DNA from: Patescibacteria group bacterium
GTDB lineage: Bacteria > Patescibacteriota > Patescibacteriia > SG8-24 > DYFX01
DNA: 64,000 nucleotides
NCBI GenBank assembly: GCA_041659045.1
Contig: JBAZZB010000001.1
Coordinates: forward strand, 454,111-518,110
Direction of reading: 5' to 3'
Part shown: in pieces, positions 19,218 through 28,858 of the stretch
Numbering within the stretch: position 1 is the first letter of the stretch
How the letters are laid out: every line of letters starts with the position of its first letter
Made by a program: the position numbers and the translations under genes
Notes under the pieces: generated by a model
The model's database searches: none
Told to the model about the DNA's origin: nothing
The model's input: the letters and a program-made list of their open reading frames with translations, nothing else

Positions 19218-20669
19218 CTATTCGACACGTCGCGAGATGTCGTCGATGGCTTTGAGTACGCGCTTCTCGGTTTCACGCACCGAGGCACCACTCTGCAAAT
19301 CATGGAAGGCATCACTCACGTTCCGTCGGCTGGAACGAATGGCCTTTTGCACTTTCAAGCGAAGTCTTCTGACAGAACCGAGGAGATAGAGGATAACCAG
19401 AGACAGTACGGTCGTAGCGACACCGGCGGCAAACGGCACCCAGAAGCCTTGGGGCGCGGTTCGCTCCGTACGCTGCTCGACAACCTTCGGTGCTTCCATC
19501 ACGACCATTGGCGTAACTTTCGGCATCGCAGGCGCCTCAGTCACCGTAAACGGAACCATCGCCTCGCGAGAATGGCCAGCCCGATCAAAAGCTCTGACGG
19601 ACAGCGTGTGCGTGCCTGCCGAAAGTTGCGACACCTCATAGGTTGACGTCGCGGTGCCAAACCATTCAACGGACTGCCCTCCGTCAATGCGCACCTCGTA
19701 TCGGGCAATACCAGAGCCACGATCCGTCGCATCAAACAGGAAACGCGCGGCGTCCGACGGTTGAGCTCTCTGAATTTCGTGAATTTCGAAATGTTCCGGA
19801 TCTTCCGTATCGATCTGAACGCGATAATGCGTTGTCGCACCCCACTCCCCACCTTTTCTAAATTGCGCGTGGAAATACCACACACCGTCCTCCAAATCCT
19901 TCACCGTTCTTGAAGCAATGGCTGGCGTGTAACTTACTGTCGGTGAGGCATTTGGAATAACCCCGACGAGCAAACGCACAGCATCAACGCCGGTCGGCAC
20001 CGACCAGGCAAAAGCCGCATCTCGTGACGCATACCACGCATCAGAATCAGGATGCGTACTGGAAACAATTCTTGGCGCCGGCACACTGTTACCCGTCGGC
20101 ACTTCTGGCGCAGTTGTGCCCACGAGCGTAAAACTCGCGCCGAGGAGTCCGGAGGCAACTTCCGTTCCTTGGCCGTCATTGGCCAATACGGACCCTGTCG
20201 AGAAAGACGCTTTCGCCGTACCTTCAGACTTCACGCGAAAGGAAACGGATAAAAGTTTCCCGCTGGACCCTTGAAAGCCAGGATTCAACACAATACCCTC
20301 GAAACCAATCGTTCCGGCCGTGTTTGAAAAGCTTGGATCTTGAATCCAAAGCCCAAAAACAGAACCACTTTTTGAAAGCGATACGACTTCAAGTTTGTCC
20401 GGTGGAAAGATGATACCTCCTGATGCGGCGTTGACCGCGCGATCCGTGCTCGAGACGTAGACGTTTACTGTAAAGGCGCTGCCGACAGCGTGAGAGCCAG
20501 ACGACGGCGAAAGGTACAGAGACGCCGCCTCGGCAGAGGCTGGCACCGCAACAAAAAACAAAATCGCCACCGCGATAGCTCGCGTTTTTTGAAAAAATGA
20601 GCGATACGTTTTGCCGTGGTTTACGACAAACGTATCAAAAAAACGTCGTCTCAAGTTCATTGCGTTCAA
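19218..20669 (-). CDS. Cohesin-like domain protein with Ig-like repeats and a C-terminal TM anchor
   Basis: Signal peptide; ASLYLSPSSGS...VNA...FPPDKLEV...W...VLANDGQG cohesin-like pattern; SSTHPD Ig-like domains; C-terminal hydrophobic segment followed by a basic tail. Confidence 0.75.
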   Translation of the reverse strand: MNAMNLRRRFFDTFVVNHGKTYRSFFQKTRAIAVAILFFVAVPASAEAASLYLSPSSGSHAVGSAFTVNVYVSSTDRAVNAASGGIIFPPDKLEVVSLSKSGSVFGLWIQDPSFSNTAGTIGFEGIVLNPGFQGSSGKLLSVSFRVKSEGTAKASFSTGSVLANDGQGTEVASGLLGASFTLVGTTAPEVPTGNSVPAPRIVSSTHPDSDAWYASRDAAFAWSVPTGVDAVRLLVGVIPNASPTVSYTPAIASRTVKDLEDGVWYFHAQFRKGGEWGATTHYRVQIDTEDPEHFEIHEIQRAQPSDAARFLFDATDRGSGIARYEVRIDGGQSVEWFGTATSTYEVSQLSAGTHTLSVRAFDRAGHSREAMVPFTVTEAPAMPKVTPMVVMEAPKVVEQRTERTAPQGFWVPFAAGVATTVLSLVILYLLGSVRRLRLKVQKAIRSSRRNVSDAFHDLQSGASVRETEKRVLKAIDDISRRVE

Positions 20670-20676
20670 CAGGTTC

Positions 20677-21558
20677 TTACGAACCTTGTTTCCTCCGGGA
20701 AAGCACGCGAGAGAGAGTTCGACCGAGCAAGAACCCTATCAACACCATCATAGCAAGCGTCGCGTATTTTTGGTATGACGACTGCTTCTTTGCCGCGAAC
20801 ACCGTTGCAACGCGCGCATGCCCTTTCTTATCGACGGCCTTAACAGAAATATCCTCGTTCACGTTTTGGTTTTGCAAAAGATACGGACTTTCGGCTGTCA
20901 CGTACGCTCCTCCACCTTCGCGCACTTCATAATGATCAATTCCGGAGGCCTTGTCTTGCGTCGCGAAAACTAGGAAGTACTTGCCCTCAAACATGTTCGG
21001 ATCGCGAGACACGACCGGAACAAACGTTTCAGGCGCGTCAAGATCGGCTTTCTCGTACGTGACATCGCCTTCACCCACAACCTGCTCCGCGACCTCAAGA
21101 ATCAGCGGCCGCGCGTTCGCGCTTGCCTGCGTTCCTTTTCCGTCGTGAAGCAAGATTTGCTCTTCTTGCACCTGGAAAAACGCCACACCAGCACGTAGAG
21201 GACGCACGACAACGGAAAAAAGAAAACTTTTTTCCCCAACGTGACCTCCAGGAATAATGCCGGAGAATGCAATTTTTCCGGTACCAGCCTGAGGTCGTTG
21301 TATCCAAAATGTTACTGTTGAATTGCCGTCTCGTATAGCCTCAACATCAAAAGACTCCGCTGGAAAAACAAGCGTTCCCTCAACAGCGTTCACGTCTTCG
21401 TTTTCCGTATCAAGAAACACGTCAACGACATACGAACTTCCGACATGAAATGGCGCGGTTTCAGTTTCTGCAAAAATACTCGCCGCAGAAACCGCGCCCG
21501 CGCGCATAAGGAACATCGTCGCAAGCAATGTCAGTGAAATTTTTTTGAAAAGCTGCAT
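20677..21558 (-). CDS. Cohesin-like domain protein with a C-terminal TM anchor
   Basis: VDVFLDT..EDVNAVEG.L.FP...W...FSGIIPGG...LLHDGKGT; C-terminal TM plus RRK. Confidence 0.72.
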   Translation of the reverse strand: MQLFKKISLTLLATMFLMRAGAVSAASIFAETETAPFHVGSSYVVDVFLDTENEDVNAVEGTLVFPAESFDVEAIRDGNSTVTFWIQRPQAGTGKIAFSGIIPGGHVGEKSFLFSVVVRPLRAGVAFFQVQEEQILLHDGKGTQASANARPLILEVAEQVVGEGDVTYEKADLDAPETFVPVVSRDPNMFEGKYFLVFATQDKASGIDHYEVREGGGAYVTAESPYLLQNQNVNEDISVKAVDKKGHARVATVFAAKKQSSYQKYATLAMMVLIGFLLGRTLSRVLSRRKQGS

Positions 21559-21566
21559 ACGACAGA

Positions 21567-22619
21567 TTAGCCAGACCAGTGATACGCCATAATACTAAAG
21601 TCGACAAGGTTCACTTTCCCGTCGCCATTCAATTGTTCTTTCTCAACCACTCGGAATTCAGCAGAAAGCTCGCGCTGATACCAATACGCAACGATCGAGA
21701 AGTCGACAAGGTTCACCTTCCCATCGCCGTTTACGTCGCCCTTCACACCAACAACATCAGGCAGCGCCGTCACGTTCTTCGTTCCAACGACGAATCCTAC
21801 AGTTTTTCCGAACGGGCTCGCCTCCTCCTCCAACGCCGACTTTGCTTGCGTACTATGTGATCCGGCTTCAAGCACGGCCGTATTGAGCGTGTACAAATAC
21901 GCGCCCGTGGCATCGGCATTCACGCTGTAAAAAAGTTCGTTCTCGGAATTCACCGCAAGTGTCACTTCACTATTCGGCGCAGTCCGCCCAAAAATAGCAA
22001 TGTTGTCTCCGCGTTTTACCTCGCTTTTATCTGCAGAGATCGTCGGTGCGATAAAAATTCCACTTACTCTCGTTGTGGCGCCATTCGTAATGTAAACCGG
22101 GAAACTAAACAATGCAGAATGCAGGCCGGTCGCATCTTCACCATAAATACCGAAGGCATAATTCCCCGTCGCCAAACCCGTCAGGCTCACCTCAAAACGG
22201 GCGTCTGGACCAGCAATGGTTGAAACGGCAACCTGACCATCCTTTAAGACAACAACCTTGCTCAACGGATATGCCCTGCCTGAAAAGGTTACCTGCGTAA
22301 CGACGGGAACCGTCGTAGCTCCTCCCCCACCCCCACCTGTTGCACCACCGCCCACGCTCCCGCTTGATGTCGTGCAAAGCGATGTATCAAACGAACAAGA
22401 GGGATCGCATGATAGCGTACCTCCGCCGAATCCCTGCGACTGGCACGATTGTCCGTTGAGATCAGTGACGTCGCACTCTTCATCCCACTCGGTAATCGTA
22501 TTCCCGCAGACGGAAATACGGATTCTCGCTGAGATGGTCGAGGCAGAGGTAACTACCGGAAAAACCACCAGCCACACAGCAAAAATAAGCGCGGAAAATC
22601 TCGCCAAGACACGGCTCAT
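21567..22619 (-). CDS. Secreted protein with a Cys-rich (CGN..EECD) repeat, Ig-like domains and a C-terminal dockerin
   Basis: Duplicated Ca-binding dockerin repeats GDVNGDGKVNLVDFSI and LNGDGKVNLVDFSI; N-terminal CGNTITEWDEECD. Confidence 0.85.
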   Translation of the reverse strand: MSRVLARFSALIFAVWLVVFPVVTSASTISARIRISVCGNTITEWDEECDVTDLNGQSCQSQGFGGGTLSCDPSCSFDTSLCTTSSGSVGGGATGGGGGGATTVPVVTQVTFSGRAYPLSKVVVLKDGQVAVSTIAGPDARFEVSLTGLATGNYAFGIYGEDATGLHSALFSFPVYITNGATTRVSGIFIAPTISADKSEVKRGDNIAIFGRTAPNSEVTLAVNSENELFYSVNADATGAYLYTLNTAVLEAGSHSTQAKSALEEEASPFGKTVGFVVGTKNVTALPDVVGVKGDVNGDGKVNLVDFSIVAYWYQRELSAEFRVVEKEQLNGDGKVNLVDFSIMAYHWSG

Positions 22620-23227
22620 GATTTCCTCGAAATTGCGAATTCCAATTTGAAGAATTTCTTAAACGCCGCCGCGAGGAGCACGAACCCAATGAATCCGAAT
22701 ACGATGTACGTCCAAGGCCTATAGCGCGCGATCAAGCTTGTGATGCGATAAAATACCGCCTGAAAGATATTTGAGGGCGCAACCGTGAAGTAGAATTTCG
22801 AAGCAGCAGCAACACCGATACTGGCACCGCCCGTCGTGCGAGCTTTCCTCAAAGGGCGCGCTTCAAGAAACGCATAATACTCGCCCGGTTTGGCGTTCAA
22901 AGGCACGCGGAGCGTCATGGTGACCGGCTGAACCTTTCCAGGCTCAAGACTGAACGTCCGCGGCGTAAACGTCACCCAATCGCGACCCGGACGAAGCTGA
23001 GGAACGTTTTCCTGATACTCGATAAAAGCTTCGTACTCCGTAAGTTCATCACCCGTGTTGATTACGGGCAGAGTCGGAAGATCGTAAATCGTTCCAGGCT
23101 TGAGGGGTTCTTCTAGGATGACTTTTCCGAGCCCCACGCCGACTCCAACATTCGCAAAAACAGCGAGTGGGAACGCGAGCGCGGCTACGACCGCCAAGGC
23201 AGCTTTTCGGACAAAAATTTTCCGCAT
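22616..23227 (-). CDS. Membrane-anchored Ig-like protein (DUF916/WxL-partner or pilus-chaperone-like)
   Basis: Signal peptide; PG...VINTG...W...P..F.LEPG...VPLNAKPGEY beta-sandwich pattern; C-terminal TM. Family assignment is by resemblance only. Confidence 0.55.
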   Translation of the reverse strand: MRKIFVRKAALAVVAALAFPLAVFANVGVGVGLGKVILEEPLKPGTIYDLPTLPVINTGDELTEYEAFIEYQENVPQLRPGRDWVTFTPRTFSLEPGKVQPVTMTLRVPLNAKPGEYYAFLEARPLRKARTTGGASIGVAAASKFYFTVAPSNIFQAVFYRITSLIARYRPWTYIVFGFIGFVLLAAAFKKFFKLEFAISRKS

Positions 23228-23254
23228 ACCAACCTTCACGGTGAAGTACTCGAA

Positions 23255-23773
23255 TCAGGATGCTGTCGCGGTAACAACAACGTCGACACTTTGCTGTGTG
23301 TAATCTGCAGTTGCCGTTGGAGTCGTAAGAGTCAGGTCGAAACGTGTCGCCGCACCTACGGCCACGTCCGCAACCAAAGCGGTATTCCCCGTGGTCAAAG
23401 CCGTGTAGTTTGTCGGGTTGGATTCACAGGCCGTGAGGCAGAAGGAATGCCTGTACGTTTCTGAACTCGAAGTCGCCCCCAGCGTCCAGCTAGCGGAATC
23501 CGTGCCGGAAATGAAAAAATCTTCGACAACGTTGCCGGTGTTCGTCGCGCTTTGCGTGTCCCACATACCCACTGAAGTCGAGCGTGCAGTGCTCAGACTC
23601 AACGATCCATAGGCAATGCTAGCGTCAGCAGCTGTCAGCGCCACGTTCGTAACCGTGACAGTCGCTGCTACTGTTGCCGCCTGAACCGTCATCGTTGAAA
23701 ACGCCATCAACGAGGAGAACAAAAAGACCGCTGCCATCCAACTCCATCCCACTCTTGTTAGAGTCAAACGCAT
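23255..23773 (-). CDS. Small secreted Thr/Ala-rich beta protein, putative pilin/WxL-like subunit
   Basis: Signal peptide (VQA/A). The mature region is homologous to the C-terminal domain of the upstream 1425-aa protein. Confidence 0.65.
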   Translation of the reverse strand: MRLTLTRVGWSWMAAVFLFSSLMAFSTMTVQAATVAATVTVTNVALTAADASIAYGSLSLSTARSTSVGMWDTQSATNTGNVVEDFFISGTDSASWTLGATSSSETYRHSFCLTACESNPTNYTALTTGNTALVADVAVGAATRFDLTLTTPTATADYTQQSVDVVVTATAS

Positions 23774-23867
23774 ACGTCTAAGAAAAACATTCGGCCATTT
23801 ATAACTTGCCTCTATGATACCACGATCTTCAAGCGACCGATTGCGAAGATATCCCCAGTTTTCAGCC

Positions 23868-26800
23868 CTAATGCTGTGTCGCAGTGATGACGACGTCGAC
23901 GCTTTGTTGCGTATTGTATGAGGTCGATGTCGGCGTCGAAATATTGAGATCAAAGAGCTGCGCGGCGTCTACGGCGACGTTCGTTACCATCGACGTCTCC
24001 CCCGTCGTCAACGCCGTATAGTTGGTCGGTGCGGTCGTACAGCTCGCCGTGCAGAACGCATGCGCATACTGCTCGCTGCTTGGTGTCGCGCCGAGCGTCC
24101 AGTTAGCCGTGTTCGTTCCGCGAATGGTGAAATCCTCAGCAACGTTTCCGGTATTTGTCGCGCTTTGCGTGTCCCACATACCCGTTGATGTCGAGCGTGT
24201 CTCGCTGGTACCCATGATTCCATAAGCGACCGTGCCATCTCCAACAGTCACCGCGACAATCGTCGCCGGATTGATGGTGATCTGTCCTGATGAGTAGGCG
24301 CTTACGGGAGAGTTTTCACCATCATCGACGACACCGTACACGTAATAGCTTCCTGTCGTGACCCCTGTCGTGTCCCAAGCGCACGTCACACCTGTTCCTT
24401 CAGCGGCGGTGGCACACGGGCCGCTGATCACCGTACCGTCGAGACCGGAGTTATTGGTATCGTAATAGAAAGCCGCCGTCACAACATCATCGGAGTCAGC
24501 CAGGGTATACGTCACGTTGTAGGAATCTCCGACGGTAACGGTGTCGCTTGTGCCATCCGGTTGTGAAACCGAAATCGTTGGCGCAGCGTTGCCTGAAGCG
24601 ACATACGAAAGTTTCACTTTTCCATCAGCGCCGGCACCACCGATCGTACATGTCGATGTCGATGCGGATTCTCCGCCTCCACCTCCACCTCCACCGCTTC
24701 CGCTCGCTGGTGCGTTTCCGTTCGTGGCAATAGCGGACGCGCCATCTCCGCCAATACCTCCGCCCGAGGGGGCCGCCGCTGCCGTTGCTGTCGTCCAGGT
24801 CGTCGCGCCACTCGTACCATTCGCCGCAATGCCGGCGCTTGAACCGCCAGGTCCGCCGTAACCATTCGTGTTGTTGTAACCAACCCCTCCGTCACCGCCG
24901 GATGCGATGTAACTTGGCTCACTCACGCCTCCACTCGACGCACCGCCGCTTCCACCGGCCGGCGGCGTACCCGTTGAGTTTGCGCCGCCCGCGCCGCCTT
25001 TTGCCATCACGGTTGAGGCATCGACAAAATAGCTGTCCTCCCCAGATAATCCAGAAAGACAGGTGCCGCCGAGCCCGCCTCCTCCCGCCACGACGGTGTA
25101 GGTATTTCCAGCAGTGACTGCAACGGTGTTTTTGGAATATCCGCCGCCACCTCCACCACCACCTCCGTCGGAAATAATGCGCTGCTGTCCGCCACCACCA
25201 CCACCGCCGCCCCACACTTCAACATCAACAGACGTCACACCTGTGGGCGCCGTCCATGTGTAGACATAGGTGATTCGTACACGACCAACATAACCGTCTC
25301 CGCCTTTAACAGTGGCGCCTTCGGCCGCGCCGCCGCCGCCGCCGCCAGGACCAATATCCGGAGCCAAACCGTCCGTCGTTCCTGACGTAGCTGTGCCATA
25401 CCCTCCAGGACCACCACCAACGACAGCTACCGCACCAGTCGGTGCCGTGCTCGCATTCGTACCGGCACTCCCCGTACCTGCCGCACTGCCTCCACCTCCA
25501 CCAGCACCCGTCGCGCTGTTCGTACCAGCTCTACCGTTGCCGCCAGTGTAGGTCGTGTCGCCAACACTGGAACCGCCGGCGCCACCTGCGCCACCTGATC
25601 CTCCAGTGCCAGAGCCTCCGCTTCCCACATTTGGATTGCCGCCACTTCCGCCTTTTGCCATTACTGTCGAGGCGTCAATAAAATAGCTGTCTCCGCCAGC
25701 ATTACCGGCGCTTGAGGCGACGCCTGTTCCACCAGCACCAACAACAACGGTGTAGTCATTTCCAGGTGTGACGGAAATATTGGATTTCTTTGCGTAAGCA
25801 CCGCCTCCGCCGCCTCCGCCGCCATCATTCGCGGAGTCATTGTTACCGCCGCCGGCTCCGCCACCACCCCACGCCTCGACGTTCACGGCCGTGACGCCTG
25901 CAGGAGCCGTCCATGTTGCGGAACTCGTATAAACAACCGAACCCGTCGCATACGTATCAACCGTATCCGAAGAATCCGCAATATATGTGATAGCGACTTT
26001 TCCATCAGCGCCTTGACCTCCAATCGAACACGTTGTTGTTGAAAGCGCATCGGCTGCGCCGCCACCGCCGCCGCCAGAACCAAAATTACTCAAAGGCGGA
26101 TCCCCCGGCACACCGTCTGCGTCGCCGCCGTCACCGCCAATACCGCCCCCGTGCGGCGGTTTTGAAGCGTCGTCAATTGCCCATGTTGTGGGTCCATTCG
26201 TACCGTTTGCTGCCACGCCCGCGCTTGAGCCGCCAGGGCCGCCTCTGCCATCAGTAGCATTACTGCCCTTACCTCCGTTACCGCCGGAAAATTTTGTATC
26301 ACCAACGCCGGAAGCTGCCGCGCCACCAGCACCACCAGAACCTGGTGTGCCCGTAGAGTTCGGGCCGCCACTACCACCCTTCGCCATCACGGTCGATGTA
26401 TCGATAAAATAACTGTCGTCTCCAGCTACGCCAGTGATACATGTGCCTCCAAGACCACCAGCACCAACACCGACCGCATACGTGTTACCTGGAGTGACTG
26501 AAATGCTAGTTTTTTTGGAATATCCTCCGCCGCCGCCTCCACCTCCGCCGTCGGAAACAATGCGCTGTTGTCCACCGCCACCTCCGCCTCCGCCCCACAC
26601 TTCAACATCAACAGACGTCACGCCCGTCGGTGCCGTCCAGGTATAGATATAGGTAATGCGTACGCGACCAGGCGCACCGTCGCCACCTTGAGCAGTTGCT
26701 CCTTCGCCACTACCTCCGCCTCCGCCGCCAGGACCAATGTCAGGGGCAAGGCCGTTTCCGGCAACCGTAAATCCGTAGCCACCAGGACCACCACCAACCA

Positions 26801-28145
26801 CCGCAGTCGCGCCGGTCACTGTCGCAGCCGTGCCGTTGTTGCCGGCACTTGTCGTTCCCGCACCGCCACCACCTCCTCCTCCAATACCTGTCGTACTGTT
26901 TCTTCCCGCGCCACCAGTACCGCCCGAATACGTAACATCACCAACACTCGAACCACTGGCTCCTCCTGTTCCAGCAGTGCCGGCATCTCCAGTAGACGCT
27001 CCGCCCCCACCGCCACCCTTCGCCATGACCGTCGAAGAATCGATAAAATAGCTGTCGCCACCGGCGTTCCCGGCGCTTGAAGCCACGCCCGTACCTCCCG
27101 CGCCAACGACAACGGTATAGCCGTTTCCCGGTGTAACGGAGATATTCGATTTCTTCGCATACGCACCACCGCCGCCGCCACCACCACTGTCCGCGGAGGC
27201 TTGTGTGTTACCGCCACCTGCGCCACCAGCGCCCCACGCCTCGACGTTCACGGCCGTAACGCCGGTCGGAGCCGTCCATGTCGTCGAACTCGTATAGACA
27301 ACGGAGCCCGTCGTATATCTTTCTTCATAACCGCCCGTAGGTCGAAAACGAACCGCTCCAAGATCTACAGCGAAATCATCTGTTCCGTTTTTTGTTGCCG
27401 TACCGGCCGTGCCATCAGCATTCTCGACACCTTGCGTGTAATAGCTTCCCGGCGAGTTCAGCACGACGACCTCCGAATGTACTTCGATAATACTTGTTGC
27501 TTCGTACATCTGCACCTGCGTCGTCACGCGCGGAATACCTTCCTCGCAGCACTGTGCGAGATCCAAAAAATCCACGACAAAGACGCGATTTGGCGTTGAG
27601 CCAAACGTCTGATACCGAATCTGCGAACCGTTTGAGGAACTCGCGTACAAGTCGGCCCACACGGCGGCGATCAGCGCATTTGGCGTGGCTGCGTCTGGAA
27701 TCACTTGCGTGTTCGTGGAGCTGCCAGGGGTGTCGCCCGTAAAACTGACAAAGCCGTTGGAACTGATCCAGACCGAATCGTAATCGGTACCGTAAAAGGT
27801 AAATGTGAACGGCAGCGTAATCTCGCTGGAAAATTCGTTATCAAATGTTCCAGACGTATCAAACGCCGCAGTCGCTCCCCCATCAAGCGTGTAGGGATCG
27901 TAGGCGATGGTTGATGATTGATAGAAAATCTCAGCCGAGGCTTTCGCTTCGCGTACGTTTGGAAAAAACGGATTGTGACCGAGCCGCGGCCAATCAGAAA
28001 AAATCCAGCTGGTCATGATTGTCAAAACCAGCAGGAAGCGTGACACCTTGGCGGCCTTCTTACATCCAGACCAAAAAACACGCCTACACCAAGCAGCGCG
28101 GCGCGCGACAGAATCCATGTCGATGCGGATGGTCAACGTGCGCAT
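23868..28145 (-). CDS. Large glycine-rich surface protein/adhesin (NIDO-like N-domain, four Gly-rich modules, Ig-like and pilin-like C-terminal domains)
   Basis: LPFTFTFYG...SSNGFVSF...IAAVWADL; four WTAP.GVT.V.VE.WG.GG.GG modules; the C-terminal domain is shared with 23255..23773. Confidence 0.8.
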   Translation of the reverse strand: MRTLTIRIDMDSVARRAAWCRRVFWSGCKKAAKVSRFLLVLTIMTSWIFSDWPRLGHNPFFPNVREAKASAEIFYQSSTIAYDPYTLDGGATAAFDTSGTFDNEFSSEITLPFTFTFYGTDYDSVWISSNGFVSFTGDTPGSSTNTQVIPDAATPNALIAAVWADLYASSSNGSQIRYQTFGSTPNRVFVVDFLDLAQCCEEGIPRVTTQVQMYEATSIIEVHSEVVVLNSPGSYYTQGVENADGTAGTATKNGTDDFAVDLGAVRFRPTGGYEERYTTGSVVYTSSTTWTAPTGVTAVNVEAWGAGGAGGGNTQASADSGGGGGGGAYAKKSNISVTPGNGYTVVVGAGGTGVASSAGNAGGDSYFIDSSTVMAKGGGGGGASTGDAGTAGTGGASGSSVGDVTYSGGTGGAGRNSTTGIGGGGGGGAGTTSAGNNGTAATVTGATAVVGGGPGGYGFTVAGNGLAPDIGPGGGGGGSGEGATAQGGDGAPGRVRITYIYTWTAPTGVTSVDVEVWGGGGGGGGQQRIVSDGGGGGGGGGYSKKTSISVTPGNTYAVGVGAGGLGGTCITGVAGDDSYFIDTSTVMAKGGSGGPNSTGTPGSGGAGGAAASGVGDTKFSGGNGGKGSNATDGRGGPGGSSAGVAANGTNGPTTWAIDDASKPPHGGGIGGDGGDADGVPGDPPLSNFGSGGGGGGAADALSTTTCSIGGQGADGKVAITYIADSSDTVDTYATGSVVYTSSATWTAPAGVTAVNVEAWGGGGAGGGNNDSANDGGGGGGGGAYAKKSNISVTPGNDYTVVVGAGGTGVASSAGNAGGDSYFIDASTVMAKGGSGGNPNVGSGGSGTGGSGGAGGAGGSSVGDTTYTGGNGRAGTNSATGAGGGGGSAAGTGSAGTNASTAPTGAVAVVGGGPGGYGTATSGTTDGLAPDIGPGGGGGGAAEGATVKGGDGYVGRVRITYVYTWTAPTGVTSVDVEVWGGGGGGGGQQRIISDGGGGGGGGGYSKNTVAVTAGNTYTVVAGGGGLGGTCLSGLSGEDSYFVDASTVMAKGGAGGANSTGTPPAGGSGGASSGGVSEPSYIASGGDGGVGYNNTNGYGGPGGSSAGIAANGTSGATTWTTATAAAAPSGGGIGGDGASAIATNGNAPASGSGGGGGGGGESASTSTCTIGGAGADGKVKLSYVASGNAAPTISVSQPDGTSDTVTVGDSYNVTYTLADSDDVVTAAFYYDTNNSGLDGTVISGPCATAAEGTGVTCAWDTTGVTTGSYYVYGVVDDGENSPVSAYSSGQITINPATIVAVTVGDGTVAYGIMGTSETRSTSTGMWDTQSATNTGNVAEDFTIRGTNTANWTLGATPSSEQYAHAFCTASCTTAPTNYTALTTGETSMVTNVAVDAAQLFDLNISTPTSTSYNTQQSVDVVITATQH
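24600..27318 (-). repeat. Intragenic tandem duplication, unit about 1365 bp (455 aa)
   Basis: TGSVVYTSS.TWTAP.GVTAVNVEAWG and GRVRITY.YTWTAPTGVTSVDVEVWGGGGGGGGQQRI.SDG each occur twice; the matching CCCGTCG at 25942 and 27307 gives an offset of 1365. Confidence 0.9.
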
Positions 28146-28217
28146 AGGGTCCGATGCGCTTTCGCGGATAACGACCCAAGTATAACACGACCACGGACTC
28201 TCGTACTGTCCCCAAGG

Positions 28218-28817
28218 TTACTGACGAACGTAAGGTGCCAGCTCAGCCGTCACGATAAAACGCTTAAAGGCCGTACCGAGCGGATAGGAAGTTTGCAGCG
28301 TCAAAGTTTTCTTCACGCCATCGCCTTGGGACAACACGCTGAGGTCCTTCGGGGAAACAACTTTCGTGCCCGTTACGACGTACAAAAACGGCGTACCGGA
28401 AGCATTCGTCACCTCGATTTCTTCACCAACGCGAATCGACATGAGCTTCGCGAACACATCTTTGTATGAACCCGGACTCCACACGTAATCGCTGGAGTGA
28501 CCAAAAAAGTAGGCGTTGCCAACTTGTCCCGGCATCGCCGTTCCCGGAAAATGCACGACACCTTTTTCGAGCGCTTGCTGAAAAGATTTCTCGTTACGCG
28601 CCGCTGGCTCGATGACAGGCGCATCGATTCCGAGTCCAGGGATCGCCAAACGCACCGCCAACGTTGAAGAAGACGAGGCGGCAACCGTTTCAATCATAAG
28701 CGTGGCGGAGTCGGGACGATCTCCGTCAACGCGTGCGCGAATCGATGGCCAAGCCATGATAAACACGGACGCGACAAGCGCGATGAAAGGCAGAAGTATA
28801 TGGGCGTGGCGGCGCAT
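28218..28817 (-). CDS. Sortase-family protein with Ser at the catalytic Cys position
   Basis: N-terminal TM, L.IP.LGIDAPV, GVVHFPGTAMPG..GN...GHSS, TLQTSYP, KRFIV. Confidence 0.9.
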   Translation of the reverse strand: MRRHAHILLPFIALVASVFIMAWPSIRARVDGDRPDSATLMIETVAASSSSTLAVRLAIPGLGIDAPVIEPAARNEKSFQQALEKGVVHFPGTAMPGQVGNAYFFGHSSDYVWSPGSYKDVFAKLMSIRVGEEIEVTNASGTPFLYVVTGTKVVSPKDLSVLSQGDGVKKTLTLQTSYPLGTAFKRFIVTAELAPYVRQ

Positions 28818-28858
28818 AAGACGTAAACACGCCGGCAGGTGCCGGCGTGCCTATGATA

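Noticed and set aside
19218-22619. Cellulosome
   Set aside because: No glycoside hydrolase or CBM-bearing enzyme is recognisable, so the cohesin/dockerin modules are interpreted as non-cellulosomal.
24600-27318. Dense CCG/CCA repeats suggesting a CRISPR array or microsatellite
   Set aside because: They are polyglycine codons within a CDS; there is no constant repeat with unique spacers and no cas genes.
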